The notes: generated by a model not told the origin, from the letters alone. A DNA stretch of 64,000 bases from Candidatus Moraniibacteriota bacterium (GCA_035325685.1 DAOKZJ010000001.1:160-64159), one strand, 5' to 3'; counted from the first letter of the stretch, positions 1 through 9,366 are shown. Numbers and translations: made by a program.

Positions 1-803
1 CCATCGCCTATTTTGGCATTCGTTACCGCTCCGTCTTGGATTTTGAGCGTCGCCACGCTGCCGTCGGCCAATTTGATTTGGGTTACCGCGCCGTCGGCGA
101 TTTTTCCTTGCGTGATTGCTCCGTCCACAATATGCGCGGTCATTATCGCCCCATCCGCGATTTTTATAGCCGTAATTGCCCCGTCTTGGATTTTGGCCCC
201 GTTTATTCCCAAGTCGGCTATGTCTTGTGCGGTTATGGTTCCATCGGCAATCTTTGCCCCATTTACCGCTCCATCCGCAATTTCAGCGTTACCCACGGCA
301 CCGTCCGCGATAGCCGCACTGCCGACGCTGTCTGTATCCAATTTTGCTGCCGTAATCGCTCCGTCTTGGATTTTGGCACTCGTTACCGCGCCATCGGCAA
401 GCTTTACGCTTACAACCGCCCCATCCGCGATTTTACCGCTCGTTACCGAGCCCTCCAGGATCTGCACCGGCACCAAAACACCCGGTGCTAACTTGGCTGC
501 GGTGATAGCGCCGTCGCGAATATCGCGCGTGCGTATCTTTCCCTTCAAATCCAGCTTCTTGTAACTTATGTTGGCGCTGCTTGAAATGTCCTTGTCTTTT
601 ATTTTGCGCGAGACGACCTGGAAATATTCCTTGCCATCCTCATAAAGCACTTTTACGATGCGGTTACGTGCTTCGGCCTGGAAGAAAACGACTCCGAAAG
701 ACAAAAAAACCACGGCAAAAAATACCGCGGCCCCTTTTGTTGAAAGTCGCTTCTTCCACACACCACACGTTTCTCCCGCAGCAATCCTTGGCTGCTTGCC
801 CAT
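1..803 (-). CDS. Secreted/membrane-anchored decapeptide-repeat protein (K-I-x-D-G-A-V/I-T repeats); 3' end runs off the window
   Basis: Manual translation from ATG at 803: MGKQPRIAAG...AAVFFAVVFLSFGVVFFQAEA, then repeats KIADGAVVSV KLADGAVTSA KIQDGAITAA...; open to the window edge; the + strand ORF 13..564 is its antisense shadow; upstream TTGACA-17-TAGACT. Confidence 0.85.
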   Translation of the reverse strand, partial: MGKQPRIAAGETCGVWKKRLSTKGAAVFFAVVFLSFGVVFFQAEARNRIVKVLYEDGKEYFQVVSRKIKDKDISSSANISYKKLDLKGKIRTRDIRDGAITAAKLAPGVLVPVQILEGSVTSGKIADGAVVSVKLADGAVTSAKIQDGAITAAKLDTDSVGSAAIADGAVGNAEIADGAVNGAKIADGTITAQDIADLGINGAKIQDGAITAIKIADGAIMTAHIVDGAITQGKIADGAVTQIKLADGSVATLKIQDGAVTNAKIGD

Positions 804-875
804 ACGTGTATGGATAACTACTGTTTATGACGAAACAGCATAGTCTACACTATCGCTTCGTTTTTGTCAATGACG

Positions 876-1967
876 TCAAACTCCTTCCTGCCCCAGCTCC
901 TTGATGAGCCGCTCCTGTGTGCGGGTAAGTTTTTTGGGTATGTCCACCACCACTTTCACTATTTGATCTCCCCGCCCGGAGCGCCCCAAGTGAGGAATGC
1001 CCCTGCCCTTGATGCGAAACAGTTCTCCGGATTGCGTTCCGGAAGGTATTTTCATAGTCACATCTCCATCCACTGTTTCCACTTTTATTTTATCTCCGAG
1101 CGCGGCCTGGGAAAAACCGACATGCTCCGTCGACAAAATATCATCACGCTCCCGTACGAAGCGCGCATGAGACGCAACGTGCACTGTCACGTAAAGATCG
1201 CCGCTGCGCGCACCTCTTTCGCCTGCTTCGCCCTGTCCGGCAAGGGAAATCGTTTGTCCATCCGCTATTCCGGCGGGTATTTCAATGCGCACATCTTCTT
1301 CGGTCTGAACCCGGCCGTCGCCACCGCACTCGCCGCATTTTTTTTCATAATATTTCCCGCTTCCATGGCATTCTGGACAAATAACCACCTGCTCGATAGT
1401 TCCCAGAAAACTTTGCACGCTTTTGCGCACCTGTCCAACTCCTCCGCAAGTGGGGCATTTCTGTTCTTTACTGCCCTCTTCGCCACCTGTTCCGGAACAT
1501 TTTTTGCAAACCGACCTTCTGCGCAATTTAACCAGACGTTCGGCACCATGCACCATTTCTTCAAACGTTATTTCCACGTCCACTTGGATATTCCGCCCGC
1601 TACGCGATCGTGCGGAAGCGCGACCGCCGAAACCGCCGCCGAAAATATCTTCGAAAATATCCCCAAAGCCGCCGCCGAAATCAAAACCTCCTGCGCCACC
1701 AAAGCCGCCGAAATCAAACCCGCTAAATCCCGCGCTGCCCGCACCGCCCCCGCCCTGCTCGAACGTGCGTCCAAATTGGTCGTATTGGCTTCTTTTGGTT
1801 TTGTCCGAAAGAACCTGGTAAGCTTCGTTTATTTCCTTGAATTTTTCACTGTCGCCTCCGGCTTTGTCCGGGTGGTATTTGTGTGCAAGCTTGCGGAATG
1901 CCTTTTTTATCTCATCGTCGCTGGCTTCCTTGCCTACACCCAATATGTCATAATAATTCTTTGCCAT
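876..1967 (-). CDS. dnaJ: Chaperone DnaJ
   Basis: J-domain with HPD, G/F-rich linker, four CxxCxGxG motifs; start taken at MAKNYYDILG. Confidence 0.97.
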   Translation of the reverse strand: MAKNYYDILGVGKEASDDEIKKAFRKLAHKYHPDKAGGDSEKFKEINEAYQVLSDKTKRSQYDQFGRTFEQGGGGAGSAGFSGFDFGGFGGAGGFDFGGGFGDIFEDIFGGGFGGRASARSRSGRNIQVDVEITFEEMVHGAERLVKLRRRSVCKKCSGTGGEEGSKEQKCPTCGGVGQVRKSVQSFLGTIEQVVICPECHGSGKYYEKKCGECGGDGRVQTEEDVRIEIPAGIADGQTISLAGQGEAGERGARSGDLYVTVHVASHARFVRERDDILSTEHVGFSQAALGDKIKVETVDGDVTMKIPSGTQSGELFRIKGRGIPHLGRSGRGDQIVKVVVDIPKKLTRTQERLIKELGQEGV

Positions 1968-2021
1968 ATCCTCATAAAATCTTATTCTTGACCGAAGGAA
2001 TTTTAGCACGCCCTGAAACTG

Positions 2022-2048
2022 TTAGCAATCCCTCTTTGCGAGTGCTAA
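2022..2048. promoter_or_regulatory. CIRCE operator (HrcA site) upstream of dnaJ
   Basis: TTAGCAATC-N9-GAGTGCTAA versus consensus TTAGCACTC-N9-GAGTGCTAA. Confidence 0.92.
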
Positions 2049-2059
2049 ATCTAGTACGA

Positions 2060-3121
2060 TTAACCTTGAATTATCCTTTCGCGTTCCACCGTTATTCTTT
2101 CCGTTCCGACCAAGCCAAAACGCGCCAAAACTTTAAAAACAGGATCCGCCACCCAGACCACTATTCCCGAAAGAAAAGATCCCAGTGGCAAAATAGTGAG
2201 CAAAAGAAGTGTCGCCAAGAGCAAGGGAAAAGCATTCACCTTCTGATCCGGCATGGTATCCGGAGCCAAATATTCGGCGATACGCTTGTTTATAATCAAG
2301 GTAAATATCTGCGAGACAGACTCGCTCCCTTGCAGCTCCCTTCCAGCCAAAATACCTAGCTGCCTCCTTCCCTCCGCCAAAAGAAGCGCTTGCTGCTGAG
2401 CCATTATCCTTTGGGAAAATTCCTGCGTTTTTTCCCGGGTCTCTCTTTTTGCTACCTGGCGCTGCTCCGGGGTCAATTCCGTGGGAAGATTGTCTTCAAT
2501 CAGCTGTTCCGTTTGCAAATCCATCTCTGTCGGCAAATTTTCCTGCTGGGAACTAAGGATGAATTCATCCACTGTCGCATCTTTTCGAGCCAGGGAAGAA
2601 AATTGCGGACTTACGAAAGCCAGCGCTTTGCCCAGATAATGAGCGCCGCGCGAACCCACTTGGATGCGCGGCATCGCTTTTTCTCCACTACTAGTGGAAA
2701 TGAGTGCGTAATATTGCACTGCCACCATTAGCGCAAGCGCCAAAACCACCAAAGCTTTTCCCGTACGCAAAGATTTGGCCAAATTTATGCGGATATTGAG
2801 ATCCAAATCCGTCCGGATGCGCCTGGCGCCAGCTGCAATAAGAGCTGTGGCCAAAAAGGCCGCCAGCGCCACCTCTTTAGAAGGGGAAAAAAGGAGCGCC
2901 CCGAAACAAACCGCGGCCGCAGCTATTTCCGCAAGCATGAAATCGCGGCACAGAAAGATCGCAAAAGAAAGCAAAAAGAAGACCAACAGAAACCAAAGTG
3001 CCGGCACTGTCCACGTGCTGGCTCCGACGTCAACCGCCGCCCTTTGCACGCTGTGCCAAAATCCCAGCGCCGCAAGCGGCGCAGCCACGGCCAAATAATT
3101 GGCCCATTTATTTTTACGCAT
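2060..3121 (-). CDS. Hypothetical polytopic membrane protein with a large soluble loop
   Basis: 353 aa ORF; several N-terminal hydrophobic helices, helical soluble region, C-terminal TM segment. Confidence 0.8.
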   Translation of the reverse strand: MRKNKWANYLAVAAPLAALGFWHSVQRAAVDVGASTWTVPALWFLLVFFLLSFAIFLCRDFMLAEIAAAAVCFGALLFSPSKEVALAAFLATALIAAGARRIRTDLDLNIRINLAKSLRTGKALVVLALALMVAVQYYALISTSSGEKAMPRIQVGSRGAHYLGKALAFVSPQFSSLARKDATVDEFILSSQQENLPTEMDLQTEQLIEDNLPTELTPEQRQVAKRETREKTQEFSQRIMAQQQALLLAEGRRQLGILAGRELQGSESVSQIFTLIINKRIAEYLAPDTMPDQKVNAFPLLLATLLLLTILPLGSFLSGIVVWVADPVFKVLARFGLVGTERITVERERIIQG

Positions 3122-3149
3122 GCTTCCATCTTACCATCGATCCGCCGAT

Positions 3150-3179
3150 AAAAAAACGGGGCAGCCTTTTGGCTACCCC
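3150..3179 (-). terminator. Intrinsic terminator after the small Cys-rich ORF
   Basis: Minus strand GGGGTAGCC-AAAA-GGCTGCCCC followed by a T run. Confidence 0.75.
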
Positions 3180-3196
3180 CGGGGAACCGTGGATGC

Positions 3197-3379
3197 TCAC
3201 TGAGAGCAGATGGGATCCGGGCAATCCCCGCCGTGGATCGGACATCCCTCCTCCTTCCCCCTTCCTCCGCAAAGAGGGGTGCCCGGAGAAGTTTTGGGAC
3301 CATCCACCTTGCACCTCCCCATTTCGGGAGTCACGATTCCAACTCCCACGTCCACCGTTACTTTTTTTTCCCCACTCAT
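3197..3379 (-). CDS. Small Cys-rich hypothetical protein (60 aa)
   Basis: GGAGGAG SD just upstream of ATG 3379; MSGEKKVTVDVGVG...CGGRGKEEGCPIHGGDCPDPICSQ; terminator directly downstream. Confidence 0.65.
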   Translation of the reverse strand: MSGEKKVTVDVGVGIVTPEMGRCKVDGPKTSPGTPLCGGRGKEEGCPIHGGDCPDPICSQ

Positions 3380-3566
3380 ACGGCTCCTCCCGCCCAATCT
3401 TCTGGCGCTTCTTTTTGGCGCGGTCTTTGCCGCGCTTAGCTGTCCTTTTCTTATCTCTTTTTTCAATATTTGTCAACACTCTTGCCTAATTTGAGATTTT
3501 CCTTATACTGCCTTAGGATGAATATCCGGCTGTTTTTTAAAATAACCTAAGTGCCAGGAGGAAAAG

Positions 3567-4091
3567 ATGGACCAAAAATCGACACCCAAAAAAGAAAATT
3601 TTTCGGAGTTGGTGGAACATTTCCGCGCCATGTACGAGCAGCTTCGCGATCTCCAAAAAGTTGAACAGCAAAAACATCTTCCTTCGGGAGAAACCACTTT
3701 GGAAGCGCTGGCGCTGCTTTGGAGGAAAACGTTCTCTCCCTTACTGCCCGTTTGCAATATCTGCTTCGTGCTCGAAGAAATCCAGCTCCGTCTCCGCAAA
3801 ATGCATCGCTTCATTTTGTCCTTGAATATCTGTTTGCACTCCGGCAAGGAAAATATTCCCACCCTTTCCCAAATAGAAGCTTCTCTTATCTCTCTTGGAG
3901 AAATAAGAACTCTTACGCGCGAAATCATATCCCTAAGCGACAAGGAACGCATCTTCGATCACACCTGGGAAGAAGCCGTGCGACTACGCCGCACACTCAC
4001 AAGGCTGGAGGCTTCACTTGCAAAGAAGCGCTCCGAAATGCTCAGCACAACAAGCCGGCATGAACTGAGTCACGATTGTCCGACCCAATGA
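3567..4091 (+). CDS. Hypothetical alpha-helical protein (174 aa)
   Basis: AGGAGG SD; promoter-like TTGCCT-16-TATACT at 3482-3509. Confidence 0.7.
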   Translation: MDQKSTPKKENFSELVEHFRAMYEQLRDLQKVEQQKHLPSGETTLEALALLWRKTFSPLLPVCNICFVLEEIQLRLRKMHRFILSLNICLHSGKENIPTLSQIEASLISLGEIRTLTREIISLSDKERIFDHTWEEAVRLRRTLTRLEASLAKKRSEMLSTTSRHELSHDCPTQ

Positions 4092-4108
4092 GTAAGGAGG
4101 GATGCAAA

Positions 4109-4450
4109 ATGGAGGTCATCATTTTCACTGCGGTTCTCTTTTGGGGAGCAAAAATCTGCGGCAAGCTTTACCTTTACGCCTCAACCAAAGCGACCAGCAC
4201 CGCTTGCCATCTCGAAAGATGCTCTTGGCTGCTGGGTGCTGCCAATTTTGCCTTGAGCGTTTTTGTTTTGTGCGCCTTGGGCACGCTTTTCCTTTTCGAA
4301 ATAGGCAAAGCCGCGTTCGGTTCATATCAAGAAAAGACGTGGCTTTTCAATTCCGCTTGGATTTGCGTTTCCTTGCTTTTCTCCCGCGGAATGCTTCCCC
4401 CAAAAACATCAATGCCCCCGGAGGAAAGCAATGACCTTGTCGGAACGTGA
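4109..4450 (+). CDS. Hypothetical small membrane protein (about 3 TM)
   Basis: AAGGAGG SD 8 nt before ATG 4109 (MEVIIFTAVLFWG); hydrophobic segments. Confidence 0.65.
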   Translation: MEVIIFTAVLFWGAKICGKLYLYASTKATSTACHLERCSWLLGAANFALSVFVLCALGTLFLFEIGKAAFGSYQEKTWLFNSAWICVSLLFSRGMLPPKTSMPPEESNDLVGT

Positions 4451-4769
4451 CATAAAGGCCTTGGGACACCTGTTTAGCATCAAGGATCAGCGCCATGCGG
4501 AACTTTTGCTCCAAAGGCGCCTCCGCCGGGACGGTTTTCTTTTCGCGCGCATTGCCGTTTCTTACCCAGGCTTGCGCAAAAAGGCGATTCGGCGCATTTG
4601 CGGCCTTAAGGATTGCCGCGCGGATTCCCTGCGCTTCGTCTTGGAGCGTTCTTTGGCTGAAAGAAAGGAACAATGCAAGCTTGCCAAACTCTTGCTGCGC
4701 CTTGACTCGCGCAAAGATACCGCAGAGTTTGTGCGGCGCTGCTTGGTCCAAAACAAAGCCGGATCGTAA
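4431..4769 (+). CDS. Hypothetical basic protein (112 aa)
   Basis: GGAGG SD; overlaps the upstream ORF; stop codon lies in the loop of a terminator hairpin. Confidence 0.65.
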   Translation: MTLSERDIKALGHLFSIKDQRHAELLLQRRLRRDGFLFARIAVSYPGLRKKAIRRICGLKDCRADSLRFVLERSLAERKEQCKLAKLLLRLDSRKDTAEFVRRCLVQNKAGS

Positions 4770-4793
4770 TTATCGATCCGGCTTTTCTTTTTT
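4758..4793. terminator. Intrinsic terminator between convergent ORFs
   Basis: GCCGGATCG-TAATTAT-CGATCCGGC then TTTTCTTTTTT. Confidence 0.8.
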
Positions 4794-5046
4794 ATTGCTT
4801 TCTTTTTCGCTCAGACGTCTTTTTTGCCCGATTTTTTTGGGCAAGTGCGGCCAAGATAAGCAAAAAAACAATGAGTCTGGTCTTTCCGACCTTGAGTCCT
4901 TCCGAGCTGAAGCAACCCATCCTTTGTACATCCTTCTCTAATAAAAAATCCGAAACCCTGGGTATTTCTACTACTCTGTATCTGACACCCTTCACGATCC
5001 TCTCCTCGCCTCCGGCTCCCTCTTTTTTCTTCAAAGAATCCCTCAT
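4792..5046 (-). CDS. Hypothetical protein with a C-terminal hydrophobic helix (84 aa)
   Basis: AAGGAGGAGG SD before ATG 5046 (MRDSLKKKEG); promoter TTGACG-17-TATCAT at 5131-5103. Confidence 0.6.
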   Translation of the reverse strand: MRDSLKKKEGAGGEERIVKGVRYRVVEIPRVSDFLLEKDVQRMGCFSSEGLKVGKTRLIVFLLILAALAQKNRAKKTSERKRKQ

Positions 5047-5204
5047 GGCCTCCTCCTTTTTGACCAATCGAAACAGTTGTCAATATACTTTTTTGATTTT
5101 CCATGATAAATCAAAAAAACCTCTCCGTCAACTCTCTTGACTGCTTTTGGTTTTGACGCTTCAATTGTCAAAGAGTCCTTTTATAAAAATCCAAGGAGGT
5201 CCCT

Positions 5205-5621
5205 ATGGAATATGAAAATTTATACAACCGCATTCCCCAGCGCCAGGCGGCCGCAGAAAATGAGGCGTCTATCGTAATTGAGCTGCAAAAAATGCTTCTG
5301 GATCTCTGGGATGTTTTTTTCTTTTCCCAGGAAATACTCGTTCTTCCCCAAATAGCCAGCGGAACCAAAAGACACATCGTCGCTATCCAGGAAAAAATCA
5401 TGACTCACATTATGAACTTCGGTTACGCCTTAAGCTCCGCTCCTTTGCCGCAACTGGAAAAGGAAGAAGACTTGCTTTGTACCAAGATAGACTCGGTCAT
5501 CGATGAATTGAGTTTCTTTCTGGATGAATTGGAGGCTGCCTGGATGCTATTGGAACCGGATAGGCCCCTGCGAAGATTGCCCAGCGGCAAAATACAATTT
5601 CACAAAACCAGCGAGTGTTGA
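5205..5621 (+). CDS. Hypothetical helical protein (138 aa)
   Basis: AAGGAGGT SD; ORF track. Confidence 0.7.
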   Translation: MEYENLYNRIPQRQAAAENEASIVIELQKMLLDLWDVFFFSQEILVLPQIASGTKRHIVAIQEKIMTHIMNFGYALSSAPLPQLEKEEDLLCTKIDSVIDELSFFLDELEAAWMLLEPDRPLRRLPSGKIQFHKTSEC

Positions 5622-5630
5622 AAAAAAGGG

Positions 5631-5909
5631 ATGGATATAAGAGAAGCTCTCGCTCAAGTCTTAGATATCCTGTGTACAAAAATTGGGATATATTCTCCGC
5701 TAAAAAAAGCCCTCAACCTGGAATTTATCAATCGCTTATCTGTCCTGATAATGCTTTTGGTGGACGGCCGGTTTTCTTTACGCCTGCTTTTGATTTCCGA
5801 CTGCCTGCGCCGCAACAAGCATGAATGTGAACTCAGCCGCAAAGCGATCCGCTTTTTGCTTCCGACATACCGCTTACCGACATACCGTACGAGCTGGCCA
5901 GACGAGTAA
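5631..5909 (+). CDS. Hypothetical protein (92 aa)
   Basis: Follows the upstream ORF by 9 nt; weak SD. Confidence 0.45.
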   Translation: MDIREALAQVLDILCTKIGIYSPLKKALNLEFINRLSVLIMLLVDGRFSLRLLLISDCLRRNKHECELSRKAIRFLLPTYRLPTYRTSWPDE

Positions 5910-6061
5910 AGTCCAGGCATGTTTTTAACCGCAAAAAGAAAGCTTTCGTACCTCGCGCGCTTCCCAGCGCCTACGCCCTTCGCCGAATGTTTGACCCTCC
6001 TAAATTATGAATTACTGCCCCCCAGCCATCCGCTGCCGGGGCTTTTTCTTTTTCCCCAACG

Positions 6062-6108
6062 CCCCACCCAAAAGCGAAGCTTTTGGGTAATGGCTCAAAT
6101 AAGGCAAA
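6062..6108. repeat. 47-bp direct repeat, copy 1 (contains a GCGAAGC hairpin)
   Basis: ccccacccaaaagcgaagcttttgggtaatggctcaaataaggcaaa, identical to 6765-6811; partial third copy at 6114-6129. Confidence 0.95.
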
Positions 6109-6150
6109 TTCCTAAAGCGAAGCTTTTGGAGAAGCTTTAGAGCAAAAAAT

Positions 6151-6191
6151 AAAGGCCGGATTATAAATTTAATCCGGCCTTTTCTTTTTTT
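6151..6191. terminator. Bidirectional-looking intrinsic terminator
   Basis: AAAGGCCGGATTA-TAAATT-TAATCCGGCCTTT flanked by A and T runs. Confidence 0.8.
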
Positions 6192-6246
6192 GCATGAGCA
6201 CCTGCTTCAATTAATTTCTGGAAATCATTTTGAAAATAAATCCCCG

Positions 6247-6621
6247 CTAGCTCCTCCTCTCCTCAGTCCGATAATTCTCCCAAAAGACATCCATAAAAGA
6301 AATAGCCTTTAGCAATTTTTCCGTCAAGCAAGAGGCATTTGCCATTACCGCCCCATTTATCCTGAAGCGCCTTTTATTCATGGAAACTCCCTGTCCATAC
6401 TCAGATAGAAAATAATCCTCTCCGTCCGGACCCTTGAAAATGAGGTTTATTTCGGAAGGACGGCCCAGATATTTTTGAGCCAGCCAAATGCGCAAAAAAT
6501 GACAATAAGCTTCGCGCAATGAACGCATGGGATTATTTGCATTCAACTTGAAATGGACTTCCAAAGCGAGCTTGCGATCCGCCAAAATAGCACAGCAATA
6601 ACTTCCGTGGCCGATTCCCAT
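6247..6621 (-). CDS. Hypothetical protein (124 aa) between the 47-bp direct repeats
   Basis: ORF track; purine-rich SD-like AAGGGGG upstream. Confidence 0.6.
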   Translation of the reverse strand: MGIGHGSYCCAILADRKLALEVHFKLNANNPMRSLREAYCHFLRIWLAQKYLGRPSEINLIFKGPDGEDYFLSEYGQGVSMNKRRFRINGAVMANASCLTEKLLKAISFMDVFWENYRTEERRS

Positions 6622-6764
6622 AAATCCCCCCTTCTTATAAAGTGAAGTGCTCTTATTTTAAAAAACTTCGTCTTAAATCCAAATATTCCTATCCCATCCT
6701 ACACCCGAAAAAAACATATGCAAAGTATCCCTCCTCCCAAAAAAATCCCCATTAATCCCAAAAA

Positions 6765-6811
6765 CCCCACCCAAAAGCGAAGCTTTTGGGTAATGGCTCA
6801 AATAAGGCAAA
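6765..6811. repeat. 47-bp direct repeat, copy 2
   Basis: Identical to 6062-6108. Confidence 0.95.
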
Positions 6812-6895
6812 AAACTCTTGGGGAAAGGGCAAAAAAGAACCTTTGCGCCATACTCCAAGGGGGTTGTTTTTTAAGTCATCCGGAAACATTCACTT

Positions 6896-6926
6896 AAAGA
6901 GCGGGGTTCAATCCCCGCTCTTTTTT
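6896..6926. terminator. Terminator hairpin after dnaK
   Basis: AAAGAGCGGGG-TTCAAT-CCCCGCTCTTT. Confidence 0.8.
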
Positions 6927-6930
6927 CAAA

Positions 6931-8832
6931 CTATTTTTTATCGCCGTTTTCTACTTCCGCGTCTTTCACCTCACCTTCGTCTTTTTTCTCTTCGCTGCCT
7001 TCAGCGCCGGCTTGTGTGCCTTCGGCGGCTTGCGTGGCGGCATAAAGCTTCTCGCCGATCTTTTGCGCCGCTTGGGAAAGCACTTCGGTCTTGGCCTTGA
7101 TCTGCTCCAGGTCGTCGCCGTTTTTCACCTTGTTGAGCTCCTCGATCGCCTCCTTAACGGGCTTGGCTTCTTCTTCACTCACTTTGTCGCCCGCCTCCTT
7201 AAGCGCTTTTTCCGTGGTGTACACCAACGTGTCGGCCAAGTTGCGCGCTTCCACCAGTTCCTTTTTGCGCTTGTCCTCTTCGGCATGCATCTCGGCATCT
7301 TTTTTCATCTTTTCGATTTCTTCCTTGGAAAGACCGCTGGAGGCTTCAATCTTGATGGATTGCGACTTGCCGGTCGCCTTATCCTTGGCGGTCACGCTCA
7401 ATATCCCGTTTGCGTCGATATCGAAAGTTACTTCGACTTGAGGAACACCGCGAGGAGCGGGAGGAATCCCGTCAAGAATGAACCGTCCCAATGTCTTGTT
7501 CCCGCTCGCCAATTCGCGCTCGCCTTGCAGGACATGGATCTCCACGCTCGGCTGGTTGTCAGCTGCGGTTGAAAATACCTGCGACTTGGCTGTCGGTACG
7601 GTCGTGTTCCTTTCGATAAGCGGAGTGGAAATTCCGCCCATCGTTTCTATTCCGAGTGTCAACGGAGTTACGTCCAACAGTAACACGTCCTTGACGCTTC
7701 CCTCCAAGACTCCGCCCTGGATTGCGGCCCCCAGGGCCACCACTTCGTCCGGATTCACGCTGATATTGGGTTTTTTGCCAAAAAACTTCTCCACTGTCGA
7801 AAGCACTAACGGCATCCTCGTCATTCCACCGACCATCACCACCTCGTTGATATCGGCAGCGCTCAGTTTGGCATCAGCCAAGGCTTTCTTTACCGGCTCC
7901 AAGGTTTTTTCCACCAAATCTCCTACCAATTCTTCCAGTTTGGCTCGCGTGAGCTTCATAACCAGGTGCCTGGGACCCGAAGCATCGCTCGTGATGAACG
8001 GTTGGTTTATTTCCGTTTCTTGCGCGGTCGAAAGTTCGATTTTGGCTTTTTCCGCAGCTTCCTTGATGCGCTGCAGTGCCAGCGGATCCTTGGAAAGATC
8101 AATTCCTTCTGTTTTTTTGAATTCGTCGATGATCCAAGTGATGATCTTTTGGTCAAAGTCATCCCCACCCAAGTGCGTGTCGCCGTTGGTCGACTTTACC
8201 TCCACTGTGTCTCCACCCACTTCCAAGATGGAAATATCGAACGTGCCGCCTCCCAAGTCATATACGGCTATTTTCTCATCGTTTTTCTTGTCGAATCCAT
8301 AAGCCAAAGCAGCCGCCGTCGGCTCATTGATGATGCGGCGCACGTTCAGGCCGGCGATTTCGCCCGCTTCTTTGGTTGCCTTTCTTTGCGAGTCGTCAAA
8401 ATAAGCCGGCACGGTAATGACCGCATCCGTGATCGTCTCGCCCAATTTCTCCTCCGCATCCGCTTTGAGTTTTTGGAGAATCATCGCGGATATCTCCTGC
8501 GGCGTATAATCTTTGTCGCCCATCTGCACCTTGACCGTTTCGCCGGCATGCACAATTTTGTACGGCATGAGCTTTTCGTCACGCTGTACTTCGCTGTCAT
8601 GATAAGCCCGTCCGATCAAGCGCTTGATGGAAAACAAGGTATTGGTCGGATTGGTCACCGCTTGGCGCTTAGCCAAAAGACCCACCAGCCTCTCGTTAGT
8701 TTTAGAAATAGCTACCATTGAAGGTGTGGTACGCGCCCCTTCTTTGTTCTCGATTATCTCGGGTTTTCCTCCCATCACGACGGCCATCGCCGAATTGGTG
8801 GTGCCCAGGTCGATTCCCAAAATCTTGCCCAT
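6931..8832 (-). CDS. dnaK: Chaperone DnaK (Hsp70)
   Basis: [28 protein letters not shown] motifs. Confidence 0.99.
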   Translation of the reverse strand: MGKILGIDLGTTNSAMAVVMGGKPEIIENKEGARTTPSMVAISKTNERLVGLLAKRQAVTNPTNTLFSIKRLIGRAYHDSEVQRDEKLMPYKIVHAGETVKVQMGDKDYTPQEISAMILQKLKADAEEKLGETITDAVITVPAYFDDSQRKATKEAGEIAGLNVRRIINEPTAAALAYGFDKKNDEKIAVYDLGGGTFDISILEVGGDTVEVKSTNGDTHLGGDDFDQKIITWIIDEFKKTEGIDLSKDPLALQRIKEAAEKAKIELSTAQETEINQPFITSDASGPRHLVMKLTRAKLEELVGDLVEKTLEPVKKALADAKLSAADINEVVMVGGMTRMPLVLSTVEKFFGKKPNISVNPDEVVALGAAIQGGVLEGSVKDVLLLDVTPLTLGIETMGGISTPLIERNTTVPTAKSQVFSTAADNQPSVEIHVLQGERELASGNKTLGRFILDGIPPAPRGVPQVEVTFDIDANGILSVTAKDKATGKSQSIKIEASSGLSKEEIEKMKKDAEMHAEEDKRKKELVEARNLADTLVYTTEKALKEAGDKVSEEEAKPVKEAIEELNKVKNGDDLEQIKAKTEVLSQAAQKIGEKLYAATQAAEGTQAGAEGSEEKKDEGEVKDAEVENGDKK

Positions 8833-9044
8833 ATTTTTTGTGAAAAATTCTTAACTTATTAATTATTGCTTTTTTTCCGGGTCATGTGCCCGGCGCGAAA
8901 TTCCCAAAAAAAGAACTTCGCGTCCAACCATGACCATTGACAATTCTCATCTTCCATGCCAGACTTACCGACGGATTGGACAGGTCAACGACCTGCCTTA
9001 GCCCTCGGCATTTTTCCTCCTTTTGCCGGGGGCGCTTTTTTTAT

Positions 9045-9073
9045 TTGACTTTTTTAATTTTATATGATATAAT
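9045..9073 (+). promoter_or_regulatory. Sigma70-type promoter of the orphan ORF at 9117
   Basis: TTGACT-17-TATAAT with extended -10 TG. Confidence 0.8.
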
Positions 9074-9116
9074 AGAAAGAACATCCGTTATTTTACATCA
9101 TCCAAAGGAGGAGATC

Positions 9117-9320
9117 ATGAGTCGCCACATCATCAAGGCCGCCAGTCCGGAAGCGGCCAAAATCCGCCCCATCGACATGTTTACCTTCGCCGCTCCGCTC
9201 ATCCTAAAGCTGGAAAAAAATCCAGCAGACCGAATCTTGAGCGGGGTGTTTGCCGTAAATCCCACTCACGCAACCGAAGAATTCACCCCTTGCGCTTGGT
9301 TTATTGCCAGGCGAAGATAA
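9117..9320 (+). CDS. Small hypothetical protein (67 aa) inserted in opposite orientation between hsp20 and dnaK
   Basis: AAAGGAGG SD, own promoter, terminator at 9338-9366. Confidence 0.65.
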   Translation: MSRHIIKAASPEAAKIRPIDMFTFAAPLILKLEKNPADRILSGVFAVNPTHATEEFTPCAWFIARRR

Positions 9321-9337
9321 TCTTCTTTTGCTCTGCG

Positions 9338-9366
9338 GGACCGCACATTGCTTGCGGTCCTTTTTT
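9338..9366 (+). terminator. Intrinsic terminator
   Basis: GGACCGCA-loop-TGCGGTCC-TTTTTT. Confidence 0.75.

Noticed and set aside
5862-5887. 15-bp period duplication (PTYRL PTYRT)
   Set aside because: Only two short copies, in a low-confidence ORF
6673-6740. 14-codon Trp-containing leader peptide MFFSGVGWDRNIWI
   Set aside because: SD spacing is poor and there is no attenuator structure or Trp-related gene downstream
6062-6811. CRISPR array
   Set aside because: Only two full repeats, 703 bp apart, and no cas genes
6896-6926. GGTTCAATCC resembling a tRNA T-arm or att site
   Set aside because: No cloverleaf around it; it is a simple hairpin right after the dnaK stop
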